A DNA stretch of 63,684 bases, counting the filler, from Octopus bimaculoides (Eukaryota): assembly GCF_001194135.2 (NCBI RefSeq). It is 3 parts of 3 records of this genome, joined end to end, with 100 filler letters (N's around TTAATTAATTAA, not from the genome) between each part and the next. Parts side by side here need not be neighbours in the genome. Positions count along the whole stretch, not along the records: positions 32,939 to 63,684 come from NC_068999.1; 2 more parts are not named here. One strand, given 5' to 3'. The notes below the pieces were generated by a model, which ran no database searches, was not told the DNA's origin, and saw only the letters and a list, made by a program, of their open reading frames with translations. Below are positions 52,780 to 63,684 of the stretch, piece after piece (position 1 is the first letter of the stretch; each line of letters starts with the position of its first letter). Both the position numbers and the translations under genes were made by a program.

Positions 52780-53290
52780 AATGTCCAGATAGGTCATTAG
52801 AAGTAGTTGTTGACTTTTGTTACCTAGGAGATGAAATTAGTAAGGGTGGTGGTTGCTCTGAAAGTATAGTTGCTAGAGTAAGAACTGGTTGAAGGAACTT
52901 CAAGGAGCTACTACTACTGTTGACAGCCAAGATTTTTTTCCCTGAGAGTTAAGGGCAGATTGTATGATGCCTGTGTTTGAACTGCAGTGTTGTGTGGTCG
53001 CAAGATATGGGCCTTGAATGCAGAGGACTTGCAAAGACTGGAAGGAAATGAAGTGAACATGCTGTTGGATGTGCAATGAGAGTGTGCATGGAAAAGTTAG
53101 TACAAAGGCGTTGAGTGAAAAACTGAGTACAGATGTTATGTTCAAGAAAGAAGAGTGTGCTGGTGTGGACAGGTGATGCACATGGATGAGGACAGCTGTA
53201 TAAAAAAAAGTGTCATTCACTTAATGTGACTGGAAGTTACAGAAGAGGAAAACATGCAATGAAGTAGTGAAAACTGACCTCAGGATCCTG
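52780..53290 (+). mobile_element. RTE-clade LINE 3' fragment
   Basis: Decayed VVDFCYLGDEISKGGGCSESIVARVRTGWRNFKELL...VKGRLYDACV; same family as 45000-46560. Confidence 0.8.
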
Positions 53291-53727
53291 AGGTGTTTTC
53301 TATGTAGTTTACAGGCAAAACAAAAACAGCAAATGTGGCTTTATTTGTAGGAGTGCTATTTACAGTCACACAGGTTAAAGAAAGGTTGGTAGAAAAAGTC
53401 TTCAAAGATGATAGAAAGCCTCTAACAGTATTACATGGCTCCATACCAAACATTCCTTGTGGAATTGGAAGAACTTCTTTTAAACTGTAGAGAAAACAAG
53501 TTAAGTCTTCAATCTTTAGACATCATGGTCCTAATTCCTGCTTTCCATAATGAAATAAAGAAGTTCATTGCTGTAAGATAAACACTGGCTCACTTCTAAA
53601 TAACTTAACATCAATATTTATCATTTTCTCATCAGTGATTTACTTAGTCCATTTAGCAGATGTCTAGTATTAACATTAGTAATGTCATCTTGAGATATAA
53701 TGCTGTTTTTTTCTGTCTCACTATCAG

Positions 53728-53823
53728 ATAAAATGTCATCCAAGAAAGATACTTGATTCTGTGCGAATAGGAAACAATGCAAGAGCTGAGAAACGAAAAG
53801 CAACCTTGGAGAGAAAGAAAAAG
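53728..53823 (+). CDS. KRI1: KRI1 homolog exon
   Basis: tatcag|ata...aag|gtattc; IKCHPRKILDSVRIGNNARAEKRKATLERKKK matches [31 protein letters not shown]; phase 0/0. Confidence 0.95.
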
Positions 53824-55683
53824 GTATTCTGTTGTTATTATCATCAACTGCTTCTATCATTAATTATTGTCATTGTTCCTACACTCTCGGAGTGGTTGGC
53901 GTTAGGAAGGGCATCCAGCTGTAGAAACTCTGCCAAATCAGATTGGAGCCTGGTGTAGCCATCTGGTTTCACCAGTCCTCAGTCAAATTGTCCAACCCAT
54001 GCTAGCATGGAAAGCGGACGTTAAACGACAATGATGATGATGATTCTCATAGCAACTATCATTATCGTTAATATTAATGTAACTGTCATTGTTGTCATGT
54101 TGCAGAAACTGAGTAATTAAGATACTGTCTTTATGATGCAGCAAAGATAAATTGAAATTTCATTGTAAATATTTCAATTTGTCTGAAAACGCATTTTGTT
54201 GTAATCATTTCTTCTATCAAGGTGTAAAATATATTCACATAACCAAACATAGACCAACAATGAATTTCCAGCTATAAATATTGTGGCTAAATTGGCTAAC
54301 ATATGACAGATATATTTGTAGATATGATTACATGATAGTCAGTCACAAATAACCATAAAAATATTACCTGATATGTTAATATGTAAATCTTGCATCTAAT
54401 TACCAAAATTGGAGAAAATATCATTGAGCTGAGATTTTTTTTTTTAAATATTGAAAAAATTAAGTGCCTTTATGAGTTTTCTTTTTCCTATCAATGAAAT
54501 ATAATTTTCTCTTTACTGTCAAACTTCTACTCATTTTTCATATTTGAATTTTGTGTTAAACAGCACCAAAAAATTTGCTTCAGTGTTAGAATATACAGAC
54601 TATCCAGTACATGGCTGTCCTCATATCAGCACTGAGTCATGGCAATCCTGCAGATAAAGCACATCTTACTGTTGCTATCTCCAACACCAAAGCAAAACCC
54701 TAACCCTAACTATGCCCTTCTCATTGATGGTTACTGATTGGGAATGATCGTATTATCCTCCCACAATACCTGTTTACAACTTCAGGGACTGAGCCTTTGT
54801 TTATTATTGTGAAGAAATGATTGTACTCTCCTTTGCTACCTATTTTCAACTTCATGTACTGCCCCATTCTACCTTCCGTGATATATATCTACACTACCAA
54901 TTCAGAATTAATTCAGAATGAACTTTCTGAGCCAGAGACACAGTACAGAAGCTACAACGGCAAAGATATGAACCAATGACCCACCATTTAGTAGACCAAT
55001 TCCTTGATAACTTGTCTGGTTACAATTGGAGAAAAGATCACAAAGAGATAGACTTTATTTTGATTATTAATAGTTGTTGCAGAACTGGGGACATAAGCTT
55101 TCCTAGTTACAGTAATAGTGTTGTTGTTGTTGTCACAGCAGCAGCACCAGTAGAGTGCAACAATAGCAGTTACAAGCTGGCAGAAATGTTAGCATGTCAG
55201 GCAAAATGCTTAGCAGTATTTCGTCTGTCTTTACGTTCTGAGTTGAAATTCCGCCAGGGTCGACTTTGCCTTTCATCCTTTCAGGGTTGATAAATTAAGT
55301 ACCAGTTGTGTACTGGGGTCGATCTAATCGACTGGCCCCCTCTCCAAAAATTTCAGGCCTTGTGCCTAGAGTAGAAAGAATTGTTAGCTTTCAGATGCAG
55401 TGCTTAGTGGTATTTCTTCCAACTTTACATTCAGAGTTCAAATGCCTTTCACTCTTTCAAGGTCAATAAAATAAAGCATCAGTCAGATAGGAGATTCAGT
55501 GTAATCAACTAACCCCTCCCCTTGAAAATTGCTGGCCTTGTGCCAAAATTTGTAATTGTTGTTGTTGTCAAAATGTTATTATTTATCTAGAAAATGCTTC
55601 AATTAATATTATTAACTTTGAACTTATCTTGAAGTCCTTCTATGTGTATGTTTGTGTTTTATTTTCTTAAATTTTTATTTTAG

Positions 55684-55854
55684 GAGAAGGAAATAAAGCA
55701 AGAAAAGCTGAAGAGGTTGAAGAAACAAAAAAGGAAAGAAATTCTTGAAAAAATTGCCAAACTGAAAGAAGTGTCTGGTAATGATAGTTTAGGAGCTAAA
55801 GGCTTAGATTGGGATGAAGATTTTGATCCGGAGCAGCACGACCAACTAATGAAG
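55684..55854 (+). CDS. KRI1: KRI1 homolog exon
   Basis: ttttag|gag...aag|gtaatt; EKEIKQEKLKRLKKQKRKEILEKIAKLKEVSGNDSLGAKGLDWDEDFDPEQHDQLMK matches LKRKEILAKLEKLRKVTGN...DDFDPAQHDQLM; phase 0/0. Confidence 0.97.
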
Positions 55855-56424
55855 GTAATTTAATGATGAAATTGAATAACGTTTGATACACTATTGAACT
55901 TAGGAAAGCTTTGAGAGAATTGTGAAGAATGCTGCCTCATTTGGTTTATTCAGTTATTGAAAAAACAAATTCTTTTGTGAATCTCATGGGTCCATATTAG
56001 AGCCAGTACTTGGCTCTGACAAAAATTAATCAGTACTGTTAATACCATCCATATATGATGATAGTGTCTCTACTGCCAGTTCGGACAATTGAGTTATAAA
56101 CTATAAAATTTCCCCAGCAGAAATGCAAAAAAACTCCTCAAAAAAGCTGTTCTGAATCACAAGGATCTTAAAACCAGTATTTATCATGGCATTAAGCGGA
56201 TAAGATACATTTTCCTTTTGATTGGACATGGTGCTCTGCAAATCAAAGAAACACTTATAAACTCTATAGTATTGCTGCTTACACTAGTAAATTAATATAC
56301 CACCTATAGTACCTGCTTAGATTGAAGTCATGATCACAGTGCATTGGCAAGGTTTGAATCATTCTTGACTGCCCACATCCCAAAAAATAGTAACAAAAAC
56401 AGAATAATTCTGTTTTTTTATATG

Positions 56425-58440
56425 TATTAGGTCATCTCATAAATAATGCAGTTATTTCAATTGTATGAGCTAAAAGTCAGAAGGGGACAGGATAAACTAC
56501 CTGCATCAACTTGCTATAAAAGCAGGTAGTAATTTACCTTGTCCTTATTCTTAGTGCAAGTTTTGAAGAGTGCAGTTCGATTTTAACAGTTATTTTTTTC
56601 AAAGCTATAATGGAAGTGACAAAGGATCATATTCAGCATATTTTGCTTTATGAGTTCAATAAAGACAACAACGCAACACAAAGTGTGAGAAATATTAATG
56701 CAGTATATGGGAATCGGACAATAAGCATAAGCCAGTGTCAACAGTGGTTCCAGAAACTTGGAGCCGGAAGCTACAGCCTAGATGATAAGCCTTGTCCTGG
56801 AAGATCTGTAGAGCTTGACGGGGACATCCTGCAGCACTTCTTTAGAAGCGCACCTCTCCAAGAAAATGATCCTAATTTCTAAAAAAAATTACGAAAATGG
56901 GAAATATATCCAAAATAAATGAAGTATGCAAAAAATTAGGAAGATTCATCTATTTTTAAATATTTTATACTAAAAAATAAAACATGGAAAACGGGCACTC
57001 ACGAATATAAACAAATATGTCAGGTGATACCAGGGGCAGTAAATGATACGAGGGGCCTGTCAATAATGTTTGCAAATTCTTGGTTAGTTTTAGTTTTAGG
57101 GTTAGGTGGTGTGCACTTGCTTTACCTTCACCCATTTTCTGACATGATATACAACAGAAATAATTATAAAACAATAGAGTAAATATTTGTAAGATGTATG
57201 CAAGTTAAGGCTCTCCTCAACAAATTTCTTGTCTTGATAGTAATCCAAATTTTCTACACCAGTCAATGGCCTTTTCCGTTGTTCCCAAATCTCTTCCGAG
57301 ACGAAATAAGGTCAAAGCATTAAAAATTTCCCATTCAGACACAAAATATTTGACATAATAGTGTATATTAGTTATAATGATTGACCGTTGACTGAACACT
57401 ATTCAATTTTTTTTCTCCGTGTTTTTCTCCTTGTCTCCGTATTCTTTCTGTTGAAGAGCGTAGCTCAAAACGTCAAAGACTTTCCGTATTCCCGAGCATC
57501 ATACTAATATATCCTTTTGTTATTTACACCACCTGTCCTCGTCTGTTGTTATTATTTGTATATTCTCCCATATATTAGTTATAAACTGACTTTTAAGAAA
57601 AAGATTGTGAAACAGCCTTCTTACAATTCGCAAATGATATTGTCGGGCTCCTTGTATCATTAATAATATCTGACTGGTAAAAGTAAGTTACCGCCTCTTG
57701 TATTGTCCGACATGTTTATATTCGCGAGTGCCCGTTTTCCATTTGTTTTATTTTTTAATATAAAATATTTTAAAATAGATGAATCTTCCTAATTTTTTGC
57801 ATACTTCATTTATTTTAGATATATTTCTCATTTTCATAATTTTTTTAGAAATTAGGCATCATTTTCTTGGAGAGGGATGCTTCTAAAGAAGCACCCATCC
57901 TGCAAACCCTGGTGGAACAAAATCCCATCATAACTGTTGAAGAACTAGAAGAGAAGCTTCTATTTGGTCATTCAACCATTCATCAACACCTGCGCCAGAA
58001 GAAAAATAATCATCTTTGGTTTCAAGACAAAAGCGAGGATGACATTCCAAAGGCTGGAACAGTTTGAATGGGAAACGATGACCCACCCACCATATTCGCC
58101 AGACATTGCTCCATCTGATTATCATTTATTCCGCAGTCTTCAAAATCATTTGGACGGAAAAAATATGAATTCTGTAGATGAAGTCAGAACGGTACTGGAG
58201 GAGTATTTTTTGTCATGGACAAGTGAATTTTGGAAGAGGGGCCTTGCAAGTCTACCAGATAGGTGGATGAGCATTGTAGAAAATGAAGGAGAGTATTACA
58301 GTTATCAATTTGGCAAAAAAAAAAAAATGACCATCCCCAAAGGAGAGTATATTTTAGATTAAAAAAGAACTTTGTTTATCTTAATTTTGAAAAATAAAAG
58401 AAGTATAAAAAAAACGCATTATTCATGGGATGACCCAATA
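56425..58440 (+). mobile_element. Mariner with both TIRs, central deletion and nested insertions
   Basis: TIRs tattaggtcatctcataaataatgc / gcattattcatgggatgacccaata; MEVTKDHIQHILLYEFNK...QWFQKL...GRSVELDGDILQ|TLVEQNPIITVEEL...HPPYSPDIAPSDYHLFRSLQNHL. Confidence 0.95.
56833..57895 (-). mobile_element. Merlin/ISXO2-like non-autonomous DNA transposon
   Basis: ~195-bp TIRs; TSD catcctgc(a) at 56825-56832 and 57896-57903; right end ...GAAGCACC; internal remnant TTEKAIDWCRKFGLLSRQEIC resembles the ISXO2-type N-terminus. Superfamily assignment is inferred. Confidence 0.7.
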
Positions 58441-59857
58441 GTTTATGACTATTTATATAGCATATAATTTTGTTTTGTAGCCTCCTGAACGACATTGAAA
58501 TGTTTTTAGAAGTAAATGGGAGTAGTAACATTTATGCCATTATATTTTAAAAGCTTAGAAAATCTAGTTTGGAATATATTTTCTATTCTCCACAAAAATA
58601 TTTGTAGTTATTTAATGTGTAGGAATCTGTTTAATTCAAGTGGCACAAAGTTACCATAGACAATAAACTTCCGGTTCAGTGCTAAAATATGTGGATTGTT
58701 ATATTGTTGCTGTGTAGGCTGCAAACTGCAAAGCATCCATAAATAGCATGTGGTATACATAATGAAACTGACATTTTATACTACAGGGATGTCTGATAAT
58801 GACCGTAAAGAAACTGTATTGCAATTTATTAAAGGTATATGTGTTTTGATAGTTGTGGGAAATAACAGATACACATGCCTAACTCAAATAAATCAAGATA
58901 GATAACTGGTGAGAAGACCAATAAAGTGAGCACTGATGATTTGGTTTAGAATATGTATGTATTTCAGGATATATACCCATCTATGTATTTGAAGATCAGC
59001 AAAACCAGGTTCTTCTCTATAAGAATGCCAGGGAGTATTCAATATTTTATGTTTGCTTTTCTCTACTGGCATGGATTGGACAGTTTTTGTAGGCAATGTT
59101 TTATGGGTAGATGATCTTTTGGTTATTTCTTAGGACATGCAAGGGCTTGGTGTACCTGTTTTGAAACCAGGATGCATGTTAGTAAAATAGTCAATTGTCT
59201 AGTTAAAGAAGATACATCTTAACATAAGATAGTCACTACAGAGGCATTAGTGTCAAGAGAACTGAAACAGGATGACACATTTGGCTTGCCTAGAACTAAT
59301 TGCCATCATAGAGAAGGTAAAAAAAAAAGTGATTGAATGGGAAGCTTGAAGTGGAAACTTCATTGTGTTGAGTTTTTCTTTGTTTTCTTTTTTTACTTTA
59401 TATATATATATATATATAAACCTTAAAACCTGTAGAACTTAGAGAGATGGGTTTGTATTAAGACTTTTCTTATGTTATTAATGATAGATATGTATATCTA
59501 GAGTTGTTAATAATATGCTTCAATACTTTTTGTGTCTAATTCACATTTTCTTTACTTTAAAAATACCATTAACATTTGCTTAAAAATGAATAGTTCAAGT
59601 TGATTTTACGTTTATAAATTTAAAATGTTTGACACATCCAGTTTCAATATGTATCATACACTACAGGCTAGAAACAAAGTCTGATGCATAATCAGGATAC
59701 TAACAGATAAACTGTTTTGTTTTAGAATAAGAGGAATTAATTATCTGGCAGAGATAAATAACGACAAAATGAAGTTAAAATGATACTGAATTTAGATCTA
59801 AAATTTTTCTAGCTTTATCATTCAAGTACATCTGATTTTCTGCATTCAATTTGACAG

Positions 59858-59948
59858 GGTGCATTTGGTGAAAACTACTATTCAAAAGGTGTTGAAGATA
59901 CTGAAAAACCTGTGTTTTCTGATGATGACTGGGAAGATGAATATAGTG
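59858..59948 (+). CDS. KRI1: KRI1 homolog exon
   Basis: tgacag|ggt...; GAFGENYYSKGVEDTEKPVFSDDDWEDEYS matches CFGDEYYGAVEEEKPQF; donor at 59949 or 59946, both phase 1. Confidence 0.92.
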
Positions 59949-61705
59949 GTGTGTTGAAAATTTTTCATATAATCTAATAGTCCTTCTTTAAAATTGTATA
60001 AAGTGAAGCAGTGTAAAATATATTCTGGCCTGAAATTTAACAAAATATCAGTAACTAATTTGAACTGACAATCTGCAAGTTAATAGTCCAATTCGTGTAT
60101 TCACTCAGTCATTTCATTTCTACTGATAGCAGAAAGTTGAGTTGGGTAGAGGGGGGGACCTTCATTTAGTTTTCATGATGATCAGTATTATCTCCAGTTC
60201 AACATTCATTTGCTCCATTGATCAGTGGTTAACTACTGCATCTTAATCAACATGTAATGTGAATTCTTTGTTCAAACAACATTCCTGTACTATGGCTTAT
60301 GCTGTGCCCCCCCCCCCAAGAATCTAGAACAATCTGTTAAAGACAAACCAATGAGGGCACCTACATGTGGTCACTTGACCTGCTAAAAAGAAGGAATAGT
60401 AGCCAAATCTCTCCCACAAATCACACCCTATGGTCTTTAACCCTTTAGTGTTTAAACCGGCCATATCCGCCCCAATATATTCTACATGTTTTAAATTCAA
60501 ACTGGTGATATCTAGCCTCTCACACCTAACCTCCATTGACATTCTAAACATAAACAGTCACATCATTGAAACCTCGAAGCTATAACATAATGCATGATTA
60601 ATTCAAAACAATTTGAGTGAAAAAGTATTACATTTAACAGAGTAATCTGAACACTAAAGAGTTAAAAAGAGAACATGAGCTAATGAAGTGCTATGTATCC
60701 CTAACATGTTTGGTGTAGGAAGGGCATCCAGCTGTAAAAACCATGCCAAAACTGACATTGGGGCTTAGTGCAGTCCCCTGGCTTGAAAGCTCCTGTTGGT
60801 CAGCATTGACCTGGGGCTAAACAACAACAACAACAGGCATACAGAAATAGATGGACAGTGGAGACAATACAACTATTTTAGATTGTTGCACTATATATTC
60901 ATCACTGCCTATTGTAATGTATTACTCAGCTAGGTAGTGAAGGCATCATATATCTGAAACAGTAGATCTGTAGGATCATTTGGCTAACTACCTATATGCT
61001 GTAAGCAACTCAGAGCTGGCCAAGGGCTACACAGCAGTAACTAATTCTGCTGCTACTATCAATGGCCATTAAGCAATAAAGCTTAACTCCTAAAAAATAG
61101 AATGAAGGAATCTTTCTGAAATGTTATAATCCTATTAAAGCTACCTTATTGTATATATAGCACCCTCATTATAGACTAGACACAAATATTCTGAAACAGT
61201 GTGACTAGTGTTGCTGGGTCACAAAGTTGAGCAGGCTGATAAGAGTCCTGGCACATGTGTGGTTGTGTGGTAAGAAGCTTGCTTCTCAACTACATGGTTC
61301 CAGGTTCAGTCATATTGTGTGACACCTTTGGTAAGTGTCTTCTATTATAGCCTCAGGCTGACCAAAGTCTTGTGAGTGGATTTGGTACACAGCAACTGAA
61401 AGAAGCCTGTCATATCTGTGTGTGTGCACGCATGTCATTGTGTCTGTGTTTGGTCCCTTACCACCACTTGACAACTGGTGTTGGTGTGTTTACATTCCCA
61501 TGACATTCAGCAGAAGTGACTGATAAAAGAGTACTAGGTTTAAAAAGACAAGTCTTAGTGCCAATTTGTTCAATTAAAATCCTTCAAGGTGGTGCCCCCA
61601 GCATGGTTGTGGTCAAATGACTGAAACAACTAAAAGAGAAAAGATAACTTAGAGCTTTGTTACTGATTCATTCTAAAACTTGATGATTTTAATATTATTT
61701 TTCAG

Positions 61706-61788
61706 TTGACAACAATGGTGACATAAATGAAGAACCAGGATGTAGCTACCAGACGGACAATTTACATTTTGAAGACCCTGATTTTAAT
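61706..61788 (+). CDS. KRI1: KRI1 homolog exon (last in window)
   Basis: tttcag|tt...aat|gtatgc; DNNGDINEEPGCSYQTDNLHFEDPDFN matches ELHCEDPNFN; phase 1/0; the C-terminal Kri1_C exons are not in the window. Confidence 0.9.
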
Positions 61789-63684
61789 GTATGCTTATTT
61801 TAATTTTCTTTCTTTATAATTTTCCTAACAGTTAATATTTGATGACCTTGTTTGAATTACAACTATTTGCCACTTGGTTTATTTACTGTGAGTAACTTTA
61901 ATAGACTATACAAAATCACTTCTACACAGATAGTATTGAACTCTTAAACTCAAATCACTTTGCGACAGCTAAAATATCCTTTTCTACTCTAGGCACAAGG
62001 CCCAAAATTTTTGGGGAGGGGGCCAGTTGATTAGATCAACCCAGTACGCAACTGGTACTTAATTTATTGACCCCAAAAGGATGAAAGGCAAAGTCGACCT
62101 TGGTGGAATTTGAACTCAGAACATAAAGGCNNNNNNNNNNNNNNNNNNNNNNNNNNNNNNNNNNNNNNNNNNNNNNNNNNNNNNNNNNNNNNNNNNNNNN
62201 NNNNNNNNNNNNNNNNNNNNNNNNNNNNNNNNNNNNNNNNNNNNNNNNNNNNNNNNNNNNNNNNNNNNNNNNNNNNNNNNNNNNNNNNNNNNNNNNNGGG
62301 GGGGGGCAGTCAATTAGATCAAACCCAGCATCCCAGTATGCAACTGGTGCTTAATTTATCAACCTCGAAAGGATGAAAGGCAAAGTCGACCTTGGTGGAA
62401 TTTGAACTCAGAACATAAAGGCAGATGAAATACCGCTAAGCATTTTGCCCAGCATGCTAACATTTCTGCCAGTTTGCTGCCTTGCCTTATGGCAACTGAT
62501 GTGTGTGTTATGTTGGTTAAAAAAACATTCACTTCTTGGTGTGTAATTAATGTTAGTGTGCAAGAGAAAAGAATGAACTGGTACAGACTGCAAAAAGTGG
62601 CAAACCATAACATGTGAGCAAAGAAAAACCAAATGTAAAATAATGATAATGATGGCAATTATGACAACAACAAGGATGAACTAAGCAGTTAATTGTAGTT
62701 TATCTTTGCTGTTTCAGAGTTCATTATGACATAGTTAGGTGTGTTATGAAGCGTTCAGTTTTGGTATATTTGTTAATTAACCTGGAGAGAAGTCTTATCT
62801 TGAATTAAGTTTAATGTAATTAATCAATTTGAATCCTTCTTTCTTTGTTAGTAGCTTTTGGGCATGGATGAAATTTAAGCAGAAAGCAAAACATATTGAT
62901 CACTTCTTTGCTTTTTAGCTCTATACATCTATATGAGATGTTTTCTCAAGACATTGTAGGTTTCTACTGTATATCTATGTTAAGTTAGATATGCAGTTTT
63001 GGTGAAGGATTAAGCAAAATATTTTGTTTGAGATCAAGATTAGGACAGAAGAAGGAGAGGCAGTAGCATCAAATTGATCGGGGTGGCATGCGGTTAGCAA
63101 GTTCATGGATCAAATCCTATTGTTATTGTAGTAGAGAAAATAGAGGGAGGGTATATCACAGCAGTGAACCAAATTGATGTGAAACCTTACTTCTTAAGAG
63201 GGTACACATATCTGAAGATTAGTTTTAAATGTTCAAGGGAACTTTATTTTAAACTTTTGACTTTTTAAGCTGGTTCTTGCAATCGTAATAAAGTGTGTGT
63301 TGTATTTTGTTGACAGACTTGCTCTTAAAATTCCTGTTTTTAATCAAAACGTTTTAGTTACTAAGGTGACAACATATTTATCTCCTCCCACCTTCTTCCC
63401 TCTCTCTACACAGATGTTGTCACGGACAGACAAATGGAGGTCAGCTTCATCATCATCATCATTGTTTAACGTCCGCTTTCCATGCTAGCATGGGTTGGAC
63501 GATTTGACTGAGGACTGGTGAAACCGGATGGCAACACCAGGCTCCAGTCTGATTTGGCAGAGTTTCTACAGCTGGATGCCCTTCCTAACGCCAACCACTC
63601 AGAGAGTGTAGTGGGTGCTTTTACGTGTCACCCGCACGAAAACGGCCACGCTCGAAATGGTGTCTTTTATGTGCCACCCGCACA

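Noticed and set aside
55860-56160. Box C (ATGATGA) and CTGA motifs in KRI1 introns as candidate snoRNAs
   Set aside because: No terminal stem, no recognisable rRNA-complementary guide and unsuitable spacing; a snoScan/snoReport run would be needed.
36462-61788. Possible minor-spliceosome (U12) introns in KRI1 or AATF
   Set aside because: No donor matches GTATCCTT/ATATCCTT; all look U2-type.
61980-62490. Apparent tandem duplication of a family A SINE across an N gap
   Set aside because: Near-duplicate sequence on both sides of a gap is typical of unmerged haplotypes or repeat-induced breaks.

Overview
AT-rich animal genomic DNA saturated with microsatellites and transposon debris. The SINE families look like those of Octopus (coleoid cephalopod); this is recognised from memory, not searched. 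Two intron-rich ribosome-biogenesis genes can be reconstructed by hand, with GT-AG junctions and consistent reading phase. (1) AATF/BFR2, minus strand: 4 exons between 26508 and 32031 (441 nt); its 5' exons and last exon(s) were not found. (2) KRI1, plus strand: 11 exons between 36462 and 61788 (1107 nt, 369 codons); its first exon(s) were not found and the 3' exons lie beyond the window. The two genes appear head-to-head, but the AATF exons lie on a 7.6-kb block bounded by two artificial 44N-TTAATTAATTAA-44N assembly linkers, so the adjacency is unproven. Positions 1-25000 hold no recognisable intact gene: R4/Dong-like LINE stacks, two mariners, a heavily decayed Helitron and a decayed coiled-coil CDS. 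The introns carry RTE LINEs, four SINE families, hAT, piggyBac and mariner MITEs, a Merlin-like element nested in a mariner, a foldback element with a 6-bp TSD and Penelope-type minimal hammerhead motifs. No rRNA, true tRNA or CRISPR array was seen. Most ORFs in the supplied track are microsatellite or N-gap artefacts or TE fragments.
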